Shown here: piece by piece, positions 18,855 to 29,215 of the stretch
Numbering within the stretch: position 1 is the first letter of the stretch
How the letters are laid out: each line of letters opens with the position of its first letter
Assembly (NCBI GenBank): GCA_945867235.1
Contig: CAMBHS010000002.1
Coordinates: 127-64,126, forward strand
Direction: 5' to 3'
Length of the DNA: 64,000 nt
Origin: Akkermansia muciniphila
GTDB taxonomy: Bacteria; Verrucomicrobiota; Verrucomicrobiia; Limisphaerales; SXQI01
Notes under the pieces: generated by a model
What the model was told of the DNA's origin: nothing
The model's database searches: none
What the model saw: the letters and a program-made list of their open reading frames with translations, nothing else
Program-made: the position numbers and the translations under genes

Positions 18855-21017
18855 ATGAATCCGAAACGTCGTTTTATCGCAATTCTTTCTGTGGTCCTAT
18901 TCGCATCCGCCTGTTCTACATTGCACCCCATTTTTACTTATCCTGAAGCACCCCGTGGGGATCAGGTGGACGAATACCATGGCACCCGCGTTGCAGATCC
19001 ATACCGTTGGTTGGAGAATCCAGACAGCCCGGAAAGTCGCCGTTGGATCGAGTCCCAAAATTTATTGACCTCCAACTACCTTGCCCAGATTCCCTATCGA
19101 TCCGCATTGAAGCAGCGCCTTACAGGACTGTGGAACTACGAACGATTTGGTTTACCACACAAACAGGGATCTCAATATTTCTATAGCCGGAACGATGGAT
19201 TGCAAAACCAAGCGGTGCTTTACTCGCTGCCCCAACTCGATGCTTCGCCACGAGTATTGCTCGATCCAAATACACTTTCCACGGATGGAACCGTCGCATT
19301 AAAAAACTATGTCATCAGCAAGGACGGAGCCTTGATGGCCTATGGATTATCTGTGGCGGGATCAGATTGGGAGGAATGGCATTTACGAGATGTGGCAAAG
19401 GCGCAAGATCGACCGGATATTCTCAAGTGGGTAAAGTTTTCCTCCGCTTCGTGGTCGCACGATAGCAAAGGATTTTTCTACAGCAGATATGCTGAACCGG
19501 ATGCTTCCACGAAGCTGCAGTCGGTGAATTATTTTCAAAAATTATATTACCATCGCGTCGGCACTCCCCAATCCGAGGACATTCTTGTGTATGAAAGATC
19601 GGATCAGAAAGAATGGAAGTTCGATGGTGAGGTAACCGAGGATGGTCGTTGGTTGGTGGTCACCTGCACTCAAGGGACCGATGTAAAAAACCGGGTTTTA
19701 ATCGCCGATATGGTCTCCGGGGCAACGCCGGTAACCGCTGAGGGATTCAAGCAACGGCCGGTTCAACCGCTGCTAATGAATTTTGATTCGTCCTACAACT
19801 TTGTGGGGAATGACGGGTCTGTTTTATATTTCCAGAACGATCTTAATGCCCCTCGTGGCCAACTCATTTCATTCGAAATCAAACAACCCGACCGTCCGCA
19901 TTGGAAGATATTGATTCCTGAATCATCCGACACCTTAAGCCATGTTTCTGTGCTCAACGGGCAGTTCGTCACGACATGGATGCATGACGCCCACAGCAAG
20001 GTTCGTGTTTACAATAAGGCAGGAGTGTTGGCACGCGACGTTGACCTTCCGGGGCTCGGCACTGTTTCTGGTTTTTTTGGGCGACCTGAGGACACAGAGA
20101 CCTTCTTCGCTTTTGCCAGTTTTACTCATCCACCCACGATTTATCGTCACGATTTGACTGCCGGAACCAGCAAAACATATCGCTCTCCCAAGGTAACCTT
20201 CGATCCCCAAGATTTTGAAACCACGCAAGTTTTTTACCAAAGCAAGGATGGCACTCGGGTTCCAATGTTTGTCAGTCACAAAAAAGGTCTGAAACTGACC
20301 GGAGAAAATCCAACAATTCTTTACGGATATGGAGGATTTAACATTTCACTGACGCCGTCCTTTTCACCCGCGACGATGGCCTGGATGCAGATGGGGGGCG
20401 TGTATGCACTGCCCAACCTTCGTGGTGGCGGCGAATATGGGGAGGATTGGCACCAAGCGGGAACCAAGCTCCGCAAACAAAATGTTTTTGACGATTTTAT
20501 CGGCGCAGCTGAATGGTTGATCGCCCATCGATACACCTCGCCAAAACGATTGGCCATCTCTGGAGGAAGCAATGGGGGCCTTCTCGTAGGAGCCTGCCTC
20601 ACGCAGCGACCTGAACTATTTGGAGCCTGCCTGCCCGCCGTGGGTGTGTTGGACATGCTCCGCTTTCATAAATTCACGATCGGCTGGGCGTGGGTTTCAG
20701 ATTATGGCTCCTCCGATGATCCAGAACAATTTCAAGCCCTGCATCGTTATTCACCGCTGCATCGAATAAAGCCGGGAATGTCCTACCCACCCACCATGAT
20801 TCTGACCGCAGATCATGACGACCGAGTGGTGCCAGCACACAGCTTCAAATTCGGTGCGACGCTGCAGGCCGCACAAAAAGGTTCTGCCCCGATCCTGCTT
20901 CGCATCGATACGAAAGCCGGACACGGTGCGGGGAAACCTACCTCCAAACTTATAGAAGAGGCAGCGGATCGTTTCGCGTTCCTATTCAAAAACCTGGGTA
21001 TAGATCCTCACCTCTGA
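18855..21017 (+). CDS. Prolyl oligopeptidase (S9A family), lipoprotein-type signal
   Basis: The N-terminus YRWLEN, the nucleophile Ser block GGSNGGLL, and DHDDRV...H fit a prolyl endopeptidase. The N-terminus ILSVVLFASAC looks like a lipobox. Confidence 0.85.
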   Translation: MNPKRRFIAILSVVLFASACSTLHPIFTYPEAPRGDQVDEYHGTRVADPYRWLENPDSPESRRWIESQNLLTSNYLAQIPYRSALKQRLTGLWNYERFGLPHKQGSQYFYSRNDGLQNQAVLYSLPQLDASPRVLLDPNTLSTDGTVALKNYVISKDGALMAYGLSVAGSDWEEWHLRDVAKAQDRPDILKWVKFSSASWSHDSKGFFYSRYAEPDASTKLQSVNYFQKLYYHRVGTPQSEDILVYERSDQKEWKFDGEVTEDGRWLVVTCTQGTDVKNRVLIADMVSGATPVTAEGFKQRPVQPLLMNFDSSYNFVGNDGSVLYFQNDLNAPRGQLISFEIKQPDRPHWKILIPESSDTLSHVSVLNGQFVTTWMHDAHSKVRVYNKAGVLARDVDLPGLGTVSGFFGRPEDTETFFAFASFTHPPTIYRHDLTAGTSKTYRSPKVTFDPQDFETTQVFYQSKDGTRVPMFVSHKKGLKLTGENPTILYGYGGFNISLTPSFSPATMAWMQMGGVYALPNLRGGGEYGEDWHQAGTKLRKQNVFDDFIGAAEWLIAHRYTSPKRLAISGGSNGGLLVGACLTQRPELFGACLPAVGVLDMLRFHKFTIGWAWVSDYGSSDDPEQFQALHRYSPLHRIKPGMSYPPTMILTADHDDRVVPAHSFKFGATLQAAQKGSAPILLRIDTKAGHGAGKPTSKLIEEAADRFAFLFKNLGIDPHL

Positions 21018-21133
21018 TGGAAGGGGGCGGGGTATCCGTAAACTCCTGCGAATAATCGAACGAATCTGCTTGATTATTAGATTCATTCAGTGAAAGACTT
21101 TGGGGAACCAACTCCCACCCATCATAGGCTTTT

Positions 21134-21877
21134 ATGATCATCTTCGGAAACGTAAGTTGCAAAAGGTTCGTAAGAAAACCTGTTAGCACGTCGGGATTCA
21201 CTTTGATCGAACTTTTAGTGGTCATCGCTATTATCGCGATCCTTGCGGGAATGCTTCTGCCAGCCTTGGCGAAGGCAAAGGAAAGGGGCATTCGCACGGT
21301 GTGCACCAACAACCAGAAACAAATCATGCTGGCTGTCCAGATGTATGTGGTTGATAACCAGGATTACCTCCCCCATCCCAATTGGGATAACCAACCTGGG
21401 TATGCCGGGTGGCTCTATAAACCCACGAGTGGCGGCATCCCTCCTGCTCTCACGAATCGGACATTTGTGGAACAAGGTCTGCTGCGCTCCACCATAAAAG
21501 GAGACAATTCCTTTTTTTGTCCCTTGGACAAAACGAACACCGCGGCCTATCGGAGTCGAGGCATGAAGCTTTCAAGCTACATCATGAATGGAGCCATTTG
21601 TGGATACAAAATTCGCCCTCAGGTTTACAAACAATCCCAATTCAAAATAGATGCCATTGTGATGTGGCAAGCGGACGAAAGATCTCCCGGAGATTTTAAT
21701 GATGGTTCCAGCACTCCTGCGGAAAACATCACCCGTCTGCATAGTGTCGGAACCACCGTGGGACTCGTCGGGGGGAGCGTGGAATATCTAAAGATCAAAG
21801 CGTTTGATAAATTGAAGACCTATTATCCAGGCAGGTTGTGGTGTGACCCTGGTAGCAAACGAGGGGACGGATCGTAG
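21134..21877 (+). CDS. Prepilin-type N-terminal cleavage/methylation domain protein (PVC-type pseudopilin-like, H-X9-DG class)
   Basis: [30 protein letters not shown] is a class III signal/methylation motif. The C-terminal [17 protein letters not shown] sits where the H-X9-DG motif is expected, but it has G in place of D. Confidence 0.8.
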   Translation: MIIFGNVSCKRFVRKPVSTSGFTLIELLVVIAIIAILAGMLLPALAKAKERGIRTVCTNNQKQIMLAVQMYVVDNQDYLPHPNWDNQPGYAGWLYKPTSGGIPPALTNRTFVEQGLLRSTIKGDNSFFCPLDKTNTAAYRSRGMKLSSYIMNGAICGYKIRPQVYKQSQFKIDAIVMWQADERSPGDFNDGSSTPAENITRLHSVGTTVGLVGGSVEYLKIKAFDKLKTYYPGRLWCDPGSKRGDGS

Positions 21878-21896
21878 TCCGAAAAACGCTTGGCAT

Positions 21897-22265
21897 ATGA
21901 GATGGACTATCCCCAGCTTGATGATCGGCCTCCTTTTGGTTGGATGCAGTCAACCGGGATCGTCTGATGCTGCTGCTCTGAAGAAAGTTTTCGAGAAACC
22001 TGCAACAGGTCAGGAAAGTTCCGATTTTACTGCTGCGAAAGGCGTGGTGGAGCAGGCGATCAGCGCGGTCACCGATGGAGACCTGCCCCGAGCCATAGAA
22101 ACACTCGCCGTGGCACGATTCCAACAAAACCTAAGCGACGAACAACGGGAGGCAGTGCAAAACGCCATGGGTTTTGTCCAAACCCAATTAGCGAATCGAG
22201 CCGAGGCAGGCGACATCGCGGCCAAGGAAGCCCTCGAACGGTATCGAGCCATGAAGCGTCGCTGA
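21897..22265 (+). CDS. Small lipoprotein, function unknown
   Basis: The lipobox is MRWTIPSLMIGLLLVGC and the rest looks helical. I set the start at the ATG at 21897. Confidence 0.5.
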   Translation: MRWTIPSLMIGLLLVGCSQPGSSDAAALKKVFEKPATGQESSDFTAAKGVVEQAISAVTDGDLPRAIETLAVARFQQNLSDEQREAVQNAMGFVQTQLANRAEAGDIAAKEALERYRAMKRR

Positions 22266-22320
22266 ATTTTGGTTTCATTCGGCCGTTGTTTTCTGGTTCA
22301 ATGTTCCGATCCATAAATCT

Positions 22321-23583
22321 ATGAAAAAAACCTTGTTGACCTTTATCATCGGTCTGAGCGTGGGCTTGACCCTTGTTCACGCTGAGTTTCGGGCAGGAAT
22401 CGCCGTGCGCGTGGTGACACCCGAACCCTTATTGCCGGTGTCTGGAGGCGTGGGAGCCTCGATTCCAGTGACAAGAAAGGACGGGGAACTCAATGTGCGT
22501 GCCTTGGTGCTGGCGGGAGACGAAACGAGGATCGTGATTGTGAGTGCCGATTTCCTTGGGTTTCCAGCCGTATTAGGTGACAAGGTGCGAGCCCGGATCA
22601 AAGGAATCCCTCCGGAAAACATCCTAATAGGAGCGACACACACCCATAGTGCTCCTGATTGTTATGGGTTCCCCGATCAACAAGGGAAAATAGCCACTGA
22701 TTTAAAATACCTGGATTTTATTTGTGATCGCATGGTGGAAACGATCAACGAAGCGGTGGATAAGTTGCGGCCAGCAAGTCTGAAAATTGCCACGGGCACG
22801 GCGAAGGGCAAGATCGCCTATAACTATTACGCGGAACATCTTTATGACCCTCGCTGTAGTGTTGTGCAGGCGATCGGAGCTGACGGCAAGCCTTTTGCCA
22901 CGCTCGTCAACTATGCGATCCACCCTGAGGTGCTGGGATCCCATGCGGGAACTTTATCTCCGGATTTAGTGGGTCCTCTTTATGATCGAATCCAGGAGAA
23001 AGGCGGCGGGACAGCCATCTTTATGAATGGAGCCCAAGGGGGCATGATCACCGCGGACAATCGGGGCCCGAACGGGAAGGACCTTCGTATTTGGGATGAA
23101 TGCCTACGCATCGGACATTTGTTGGCGGATGAATCTCTGCGAATTATCGACAATGCGGTAGAACAAAAAAATCCAACACTCTACTGCACGGCTCAAAAAA
23201 TAAGCTTTCCTGTGGATTCTCCTCTCTTAAGAGCGATCATGTCCGCCTCACCGTTGGGTTACGCGGATAAGGATAAAGCCCATGTGACCACCCAGCTCAA
23301 CTTAATCAATGTGGGAAACGCCCAGATTTTAACCATTCCAGGCGAAGCATTACCCAATATTGGCTACTATCTGAAACGGAAAATGCGTGGAGAAAATAAT
23401 TTGCTGTTTGGTTTAACCAACGATGCTTTCGGTTACATCATTTCTAAAGCAGATTGGTCCAGTTTCGAGAGATACAATTACATCACACGCACTTGCCTTG
23501 GGGAGATGACGGGGGAGTTACTCATGGATGAATCGGTCAAACTGGTCAATCGCAGCCCAGTCCCGACAAAACTCAAACGATAA
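22321..23583 (+). CDS. Neutral/alkaline ceramidase N-terminal-domain-like hydrolase, secreted
   Basis: A signal peptide is present. FRAGIAVRVVTPEP...VRALVLAGDETRIVIVSADFLGFP...GATHTHSAPD matches the pattern of the ceramidase-like family. Assigned from memory. Confidence 0.55.
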   Translation: MKKTLLTFIIGLSVGLTLVHAEFRAGIAVRVVTPEPLLPVSGGVGASIPVTRKDGELNVRALVLAGDETRIVIVSADFLGFPAVLGDKVRARIKGIPPENILIGATHTHSAPDCYGFPDQQGKIATDLKYLDFICDRMVETINEAVDKLRPASLKIATGTAKGKIAYNYYAEHLYDPRCSVVQAIGADGKPFATLVNYAIHPEVLGSHAGTLSPDLVGPLYDRIQEKGGGTAIFMNGAQGGMITADNRGPNGKDLRIWDECLRIGHLLADESLRIIDNAVEQKNPTLYCTAQKISFPVDSPLLRAIMSASPLGYADKDKAHVTTQLNLINVGNAQILTIPGEALPNIGYYLKRKMRGENNLLFGLTNDAFGYIISKADWSSFERYNYITRTCLGEMTGELLMDESVKLVNRSPVPTKLKR

Positions 23584-23599
23584 ACTGGCAGTATAAAAA

Positions 23600-23667
23600 G
23601 GCGGCCAGAAGTGACGGAGTTGGCCTCCTCAAAAAATATAACGCGACTCGCTAAAAGCCAGTCGCGT
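23600..23667. terminator. Two adjacent hairpins between convergent genes (terminator region)
   Basis: Hairpin 1 pairs GGCGGCCA (23600-23607) with TGGCCTCC (23621-23628), 7 of 8 pairs, and is preceded by AAAAA, which reads as a T-run on the minus strand. Hairpin 2 is perfect, pairing ACGCGACT (23641-23648) with AGTCGCGT (23660-23667). It is flanked by AAAAAATATA on the left and TATTGTGT on the right. Confidence 0.7.
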
Positions 23668-23692
23668 TATTGTGTAAAAATGCGTGATCCGA

Positions 23693-24106
23693 TTATTTTG
23701 CGCCACCGTCAATCCATGCACGAATCAGACCGATTTGATCCTTAGTAAGCGGATCTCCTTTTCCATCGGGCGGCATGAGCTCGTCCTCCACGGCTCCAGA
23801 GACGGCATGAACCAGCGAGCTTTTATCGCTCTTGCCGATTAGGATAACTTCACCGTTTTCGCCACCTTTTTTGATCGCTGCAAGACTGTCCACCCGCAGT
23901 TTTCCTTTTTGCTTTTCCGTACCGTGACATTTAAAGCACGCCTTTTCGAAAATCGGCTTGATGTCCTTGTCAAAAGTCACATCGGTGCGTGTCGAGGCAG
24001 GTGGAATCTTTTTTGTATCCACATCAGCGGCGGACATGGAAACCAAAGTCAATCCTGTGACACAGAGACCCAATAAATAATAATTCTTCAACATACAGAT
24101 TTTCAC
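23693..24106 (-). CDS. Secreted c-type cytochrome domain protein (Planctomycete-type PSCyt1)
   Basis: A signal peptide is present. The heme motif CFKCH lies in FEKACFKCHGTEKQKGKLRVDS, and LMPP lies downstream. Confidence 0.75.
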   Translation of the reverse strand: MKICMLKNYYLLGLCVTGLTLVSMSAADVDTKKIPPASTRTDVTFDKDIKPIFEKACFKCHGTEKQKGKLRVDSLAAIKKGGENGEVILIGKSDKSSLVHAVSGAVEDELMPPDGKGDPLTKDQIGLIRAWIDGGAK

Positions 24107-24197
24107 TTACCAAAGTAGGACGCATTCTGCCTCGAGCCTGTTCAAATTCCAGTCAAAAAAAATGGATTGGTGAACGGCTAAACTTAGGCTTTCAAAG

Positions 24198-25349
24198 TTA
24201 GCTGATTTTTGTTTTTGAAACTTTCTCCCATTTTTTTGATTTGGCTGACTTCAAAACGGCATCGCAAACATACTGGGTATCTAGGGCTTCACGGAAGCTG
24301 GGATGCGGTTTCTCACCTTTGGAAATGGCTTGGATAAAGTCGGCGATCTGATGGACAAATGTGTGTTCATACCCGATCTGGAGACCCGGAACCCACCAAT
24401 TTTTCATGTAGGGATGATCTGAATCCGTGATATGAATCGAGCGCCAACCGCGCAACTTACCCTCGTCCCGGTAATCAAAATACTGCAACCGGTGAAGGTC
24501 ATGCAAATCCCAAGCGATGGACCCGTTTTCGCCATTGATTTCAAAGGTGTAAAGAGCCTTATGCCCACGTGCATAGCGGGTGGATTCGAAGGTGGCGAGA
24601 GAGCCATTGTCAAACCGTGCCAAAAAGGCGCAGGCGTCATCGATCTCAACTTTTTGGACTTTGCCGGTGAGTGTGTGTTTGCGTTCCTTGATAAAGGTTT
24701 CTGTCATCGCGTTGACGGTGGTCATGCGACCGTTTAACCACAATGCCGTGTCGATGCAGTGAGCCAGAAGATCGCCCGTTACTCCGCTGCCGGCAACTTT
24801 GGCGTCCAAACGCCACAGCCCCGTGCCCCCTTGGGGGAGGTCTTTGGAGATTGTCCAATCCTGCAAAAATTTTGCGCGGTAATGGAAAATTTGTCCGAGC
24901 TTGCCTTCGTCGATCAACTGTTTGGCAAGGGCGACTGCGGGAACTCGACGGTAATTGTACCAGACCATGTTGGCGACGCCGGCTTTTTCAATGGCTTTCA
25001 CCATTTTTTCGCCTTCTTTTCCATCCATGGATAATGGTTTCTCGCAGAGGATCATCTTGCCGGCTTTTGCCGCAGCAATGGCGATTTCTGCGTGGGTGTT
25101 GTTCGGGCTGCCAATATCGATCAGGTCGATATCCTTGCGTTCTACCAACTTGCGCCAGTCGGTTTCGATGGATTGATAGCCCCAATTATCTGCGAATGCC
25201 TGGGCTTTTCCAGCGTCTCGGGCGCAGATGGCTTGGAGGACGGGTTGGTATTCTAAGTCAAAAAAATTACCGACTTTGCGGTAAGCGTTAGAATGGGTGC
25301 GCCCCATGAAGCCGTAACCGACCAGTCCGATGCGTAGAGGTTTTTTCAT
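24198..25349 (-). CDS. Gfo/Idh/MocA family oxidoreductase (cytoplasmic)
   Basis: The N-terminal Rossmann fold is [19 protein letters not shown] and the conserved EKP motif is in ILCEKPLSM. The protein is 383 aa with no signal peptide. Confidence 0.85.
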   Translation of the reverse strand: MKKPLRIGLVGYGFMGRTHSNAYRKVGNFFDLEYQPVLQAICARDAGKAQAFADNWGYQSIETDWRKLVERKDIDLIDIGSPNNTHAEIAIAAAKAGKMILCEKPLSMDGKEGEKMVKAIEKAGVANMVWYNYRRVPAVALAKQLIDEGKLGQIFHYRAKFLQDWTISKDLPQGGTGLWRLDAKVAGSGVTGDLLAHCIDTALWLNGRMTTVNAMTETFIKERKHTLTGKVQKVEIDDACAFLARFDNGSLATFESTRYARGHKALYTFEINGENGSIAWDLHDLHRLQYFDYRDEGKLRGWRSIHITDSDHPYMKNWWVPGLQIGYEHTFVHQIADFIQAISKGEKPHPSFREALDTQYVCDAVLKSAKSKKWEKVSKTKIS

Positions 25350-25412
25350 TGTCTATTGAGGGATTAAAAAGTGATTTGAACTCTGTTCCAAACTGTGTTG
25401 TGGGGTGGAATT

Positions 25413-26492
25413 CTATTCGCGCCAACCGTGGGCATCACGCACCGCCAACATTGATGCAAGGATGTTATTCCATGTCTCCATTTTCATCATGACATCGTTG
25501 GGGAACATGCAGCCATCCCAGCAGAGATGTCGGATCGTTTTTGTTGGTTGATTGTTTTCGTCACGCAACCAAAACCCTGCATGGTGAGGAATATTGAGTT
25601 TGCCGTTTGGATCATTGGCCAAGCAGTGTCTTCCCGTTTTGTCGTGCGACCCTGACCCTTTAACGGTGGCGTCGTTCTGTGCCACATGGAAGTCAATTGT
25701 CCAGGGTCGCAAGGCTGCGGTGAGTGTTTTGAGGGCTTGGTTCAATGGTTCAGCATCGCTCCAATCGTAATTCGGAGGCAGGATGGCATCCTCGGGGGCG
25801 TTGTAGCCCATGGTGTATAAAAGTGTGTGCGCCATATCCGCTTGGAATCCGACGATGCCGGGTCGGTCGGTCAACTCCAACAACTTCACCATCTCACGCC
25901 AACTATGCATACCACCCCAGCAAATTTCTCCTTCCGCCGCCAGTTTCTCGCCGAAACTTTCCGCCACAGCCCCCGCCTCGCGAAATGTTTGTGCGATAAG
26001 CTGGGTATTGGCTTGGGGATCTTTTAACCACTCGGAGGGGCTCGCTGCCGAATCAATTCGCACAACGCCATTGGGTCGCACTCCTAAATCTCGAAGTTTT
26101 TTGGCGATGCGACAGGCCTTGCGCACTTGCCCGACAAAGCTGGCTCTTTCTTCAGCGTTACCCATCGCAGACCCACCCCCCGTGGGCGACCAAACGGGGG
26201 CGACCACAGACCCCACATCAAACCCTTTGGCTCGCACTTTGTCGGCCAACCGGGAGATATCATCATCAGTGGAGTCGATGCTGACATGGGGATCGAATAG
26301 AAATATATCCACTCCATCAAACTTCACGCCATCCACAGAAGCTTTCGCGGTCAGATCAAGCATGGTATCCAGATCGATCGCTGGTTCCGCACCAGGGCTG
26401 CCCTTGCCCACAAGACCGGGCCACATCGCGTTGTGAAGTTTGGGATAATTATGATTATGTTCGCTCATGAGATATTCAAGGTCTGCGTCCAA
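25413..26492 (-). CDS. Xylose isomerase-like TIM-barrel protein (sugar phosphate isomerase/epimerase family)
   Basis: About 350 aa. It lies directly upstream of the Gfo/Idh/MocA gene on the same strand. Blocks such as [23 protein letters not shown] and GFQADMAHT resemble this family; assigned from memory. An alternative start is MSEHN at 26468. Confidence 0.6.
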   Translation of the reverse strand: MDADLEYLMSEHNHNYPKLHNAMWPGLVGKGSPGAEPAIDLDTMLDLTAKASVDGVKFDGVDIFLFDPHVSIDSTDDDISRLADKVRAKGFDVGSVVAPVWSPTGGGSAMGNAEERASFVGQVRKACRIAKKLRDLGVRPNGVVRIDSAASPSEWLKDPQANTQLIAQTFREAGAVAESFGEKLAAEGEICWGGMHSWREMVKLLELTDRPGIVGFQADMAHTLLYTMGYNAPEDAILPPNYDWSDAEPLNQALKTLTAALRPWTIDFHVAQNDATVKGSGSHDKTGRHCLANDPNGKLNIPHHAGFWLRDENNQPTKTIRHLCWDGCMFPNDVMMKMETWNNILASMLAVRDAHGWRE

Positions 26493-26763
26493 ACTCGATT
26501 ACTGGGCGGCTGGCAACCGTAGATCAAGTTTGCTCGGTGTTAACATTGTTGCTTGTAGGAAAATGTCTCTTAAACCTAGCAAGAGCATTCTGTGCGGCAA
26601 GGGAAATTGCCACCAAATCGTTGCAATCAGTGCAAATGTTTTTATAGAGGGATTTGAAACAGGAAGTTGGGCTTGAATCCAGTGGGAAAAAGAAAGTTCT
26701 AACCAATGGGTTCTGAATGCGGGGACTACGGTGGTGCAAACCAAACCATGCAACCTATCTAAC

Positions 26764-27006
26764 CTAACGCCCTATCGCTTTCAGTTCCTCCGCATCCTGA
26801 ATCAAGCGGGACAATGGAACCGACAACCCCAATGCGATTGACTGGGCGACGTTCAAGGACGGGTTGCGCTTGAATCGCTCAATCAAAGAAATCATTTTGG
26901 AAGCCAAATCTGCTCGTTCAGCCAATGTCTCCTGGCTCATACCTTGAGCCTTTCGATGCTTTCTGACCGCCTCCCCAAAAAATCGTGCGAAATCTTTCGA
27001 CAGCAT
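26764..27006 (-). CDS. XRE-family helix-turn-helix transcriptional regulator (80 aa)
   Basis: FGEAVRKHRKAQGMSQETLAERADLASKMISLIERFKRNPSLNVAQSIALGLSV is a Cro/C1-type HTH. I moved the start to the ATG at 27006; the upstream extension to 27123 looks non-coding. Confidence 0.75.
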   Translation of the reverse strand: MLSKDFARFFGEAVRKHRKAQGMSQETLAERADLASKMISLIERFKRNPSLNVAQSIALGLSVPLSRLIQDAEELKAIGR

Positions 27007-27153
27007 CCCACGAGATTGTCGGCTGTGCGCGAGCCAACGACAGGAACAGCTGTTCCAATTTTCTTGTTGTAACAATAAAGTTATACTGCTTAAATGCGGT
27101 ATCGCCACAACGCGATGTTGCATGGCTAAAAACCATTAATGTAAAGGAGACCA

Positions 27154-28110
27154 ATGAAAAAAATAATTCAGCGTATTGGGACGATGCTGTTTGCATTGTC
27201 CTGCTTATTTGTTGCGGTTGCCAGTGCTCAAACGTTTTTAACGAATGGGCTGGTGAGCTTCTATCCCCTTGACGGAAACGCCAGCGATGCGTTTGGCGGC
27301 AATCATGGGACGATCCAAAATGCAAGTCCAGCACCCGACGTTTTCGGCAGGCAGAGCCGAGCGTTCAGTTTTCAAGGTAACGTCAGCAGTTTCATCGAAC
27401 TGCCAGCAAAGACCGGTTCGGCTTCGGCGGACTATACGATAAGCGTTTGGTTTAACTCCCGTTCGTATCCCGGTACTGCTAGGGAAAACGAAGCTGCGTT
27501 TTTAATCTCGAAGGGTCAGAATAATTTTGAAATCAGTCTTGGGATCCCTCCTGGGGGTTCTGCCGGAATACGCTTTTTGCCGCGATGGGGTCCTGGGCTT
27601 CATTGGGATACTCCATCCCAAGTGTATGAAATCAATAAGTGGTATCATCTCGTAGCCATCTACCAACCCTCTGCAAACAGAGTTAAACTTTTCCTCAATG
27701 CGAAGGAGGTTCCCCTTTCAGGTCCAAGCTCAGTTCCGAGTTTACCTGACAACGATCGCTATCTGCCTGTCAGATTGGGACTACGAATTAGTCCTGTCCC
27801 CTCAGGGGATAGGACCCTTCCTTTTAACGGATTGCTCGACAATCTGCGAATTTACGACCGTGCATTGACTGATAACGAAATAAGCAAACTCTATTCCTTT
27901 GAATCCACTCCAGCCTTTTCGCTGGAAATAGAGGTGGCGAGCATTCGATTGAGATGGCTGAGCGAAGCAGGGACGGTTTACGAAATCCAATATTCGACTG
28001 CCTTACAGGGCTGGACTCCGCTCACGACGGTTGGTGGGACAGGGGATACGCTGGAATACATCGACCCCACCCAAGGAGAGAAACGCTTTTACCGAATTAT
28101 TAAAAAGTGA
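27154..28110 (+). CDS. Secreted LamG (concanavalin A-like lectin/glucanase) domain protein with a C-terminal module ending in RFYR
   Basis: An AGGAG Shine-Dalgarno sequence lies about 7 nt upstream. The signal peptide is MKKIIQRIGTMLFALSCLFVAVASA. LamG-type blocks are YTISVWF, WYHLVAIY, and LDNLRIYDRALTDNEISKLY. Confidence 0.8.
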   Translation: MKKIIQRIGTMLFALSCLFVAVASAQTFLTNGLVSFYPLDGNASDAFGGNHGTIQNASPAPDVFGRQSRAFSFQGNVSSFIELPAKTGSASADYTISVWFNSRSYPGTARENEAAFLISKGQNNFEISLGIPPGGSAGIRFLPRWGPGLHWDTPSQVYEINKWYHLVAIYQPSANRVKLFLNAKEVPLSGPSSVPSLPDNDRYLPVRLGLRISPVPSGDRTLPFNGLLDNLRIYDRALTDNEISKLYSFESTPAFSLEIEVASIRLRWLSEAGTVYEIQYSTALQGWTPLTTVGGTGDTLEYIDPTQGEKRFYRIIKK

Positions 28111-28279
28111 CGAAAGCGCAGGGAAGGCTGAGAAGTAAACTCTAAGTGGCAATATTGGTGGGGAAATAAATCTCGGACCATCCCAATGGGTCAGCCATTC
28201 CCCGCTCAACCATCGGGAAAGGAAGATTTATTGTTGGTCTTCGGTGCTGAACAAAGTGCCATCGCTGCCATCACTCCGG

Positions 28280-29215
28280 TCAACAAATCTCTGTTCGGTG
28301 CCTAAAACCATCGATAAGTGCATCCGCTTGTCGTTCGTATTTATCCGGGGACGAGCGCTTCAGCGTCGCGAGGTTTTTCAGCTTCCAGCGAATGGCAGGC
28401 ATCTCGGATAGATGAAGGCAACGCATCACTTCCCAAGGAGGTTCGCCGCGCACGAGACCGATCAGAAACTGGCGGTGGTTGTCGGTGAGCCGGGAACGCA
28501 ATTCCCGGCGAAGGCGATGCCTCGCCTCGACGAGCACCGGGAGTTCGACCGGAATCCGGGTCATGCCCCAGAATTCGTTCTTGAATGCTGTAACGAGGTC
28601 ATGGTCGCGTGAAAAAAGAACTTCATGAATTGGACGATTATGTCCGGCGAGGTAAGCGACAAAGCATTCGACTATCTCGTCTGTGACGCCACCGCTCCCG
28701 AAGAGACAATGCACATCAAACAGGTCTCGCGGGTGTTGTCGATCCAAGGCTGCAACCAGTTTGCCACCGTAGAGTTCCGCCGTTGTGAGCACCGGCGATT
28801 CGACCTCGGTGGTAAAAAGGCAGCGAGTCTCCGGTGTGAGTGCCAGCGATTGCACGGGCAGAATCGTTCCTCGAAAAACGTGGTTCACTTCGACCTTTAC
28901 TTGCTGACGACCACGGCGGAGGAAGAGTTTTGATTCGTCGCCATGCGTTCGGACAGGCAACTCGGCTTCGAGTCCCATGCGATTCAATTCCTTTCGGGCG
29001 ACCTCCAAAGCCGCGCCAATGATACGTAGTGCCGCTTCCCGTGAAGCCGTGTGGTCGGTGAAGACCACGTCGATATCGACGGATAAACGCGGCAAATCCT
29101 GAACGAAGAGGTTGATGGCTGTCCCACCTTTCATCGCGAACCGTGGTTCCCTGAACAGGACCGGAATCGCTTTGAGGAGGAGGCGCACTGCCTCGATGTA
29201 GGTGGCATCCATCAT
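28280..29215 (-). CDS. abiEii: AbiEii/AbiGii-family nucleotidyltransferase toxin (type IV toxin-antitoxin / abortive infection)
   Basis: FAMKGGTAINLF...RLSVDIDVVF is the pol-beta-type NTase motif (GG...DxD) in the usual AbiEii (DUF1814) context. The protein is 311 aa. It overlaps abiEi by 4 bp. Confidence 0.8.
   Translation of the reverse strand: MMDATYIEAVRLLLKAIPVLFREPRFAMKGGTAINLFVQDLPRLSVDIDVVFTDHTASREAALRIIGAALEVARKELNRMGLEAELPVRTHGDESKLFLRRGRQQVKVEVNHVFRGTILPVQSLALTPETRCLFTTEVESPVLTTAELYGGKLVAALDRQHPRDLFDVHCLFGSGGVTDEIVECFVAYLAGHNRPIHEVLFSRDHDLVTAFKNEFWGMTRIPVELPVLVEARHRLRRELRSRLTDNHRQFLIGLVRGEPPWEVMRCLHLSEMPAIRWKLKNLATLKRSSPDKYERQADALIDGFRHRTEIC

Noticed and set aside
26493-26763. Three overlapping ORFs of 69-84 aa (26467-26676 plus strand, 26499-26753 minus strand, 26524-26739 minus strand) in the gap between the TIM-barrel gene and the XRE gene, considered as possible small genes or a toxin partner for the XRE protein.
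   Set aside because: They overlap one another in different frames. They show no Shine-Dalgarno-like sequence or recognisable motif, and their composition is odd. The region is more likely the promoter and leader of the TIM-barrel/Gfo/cytochrome c operon.
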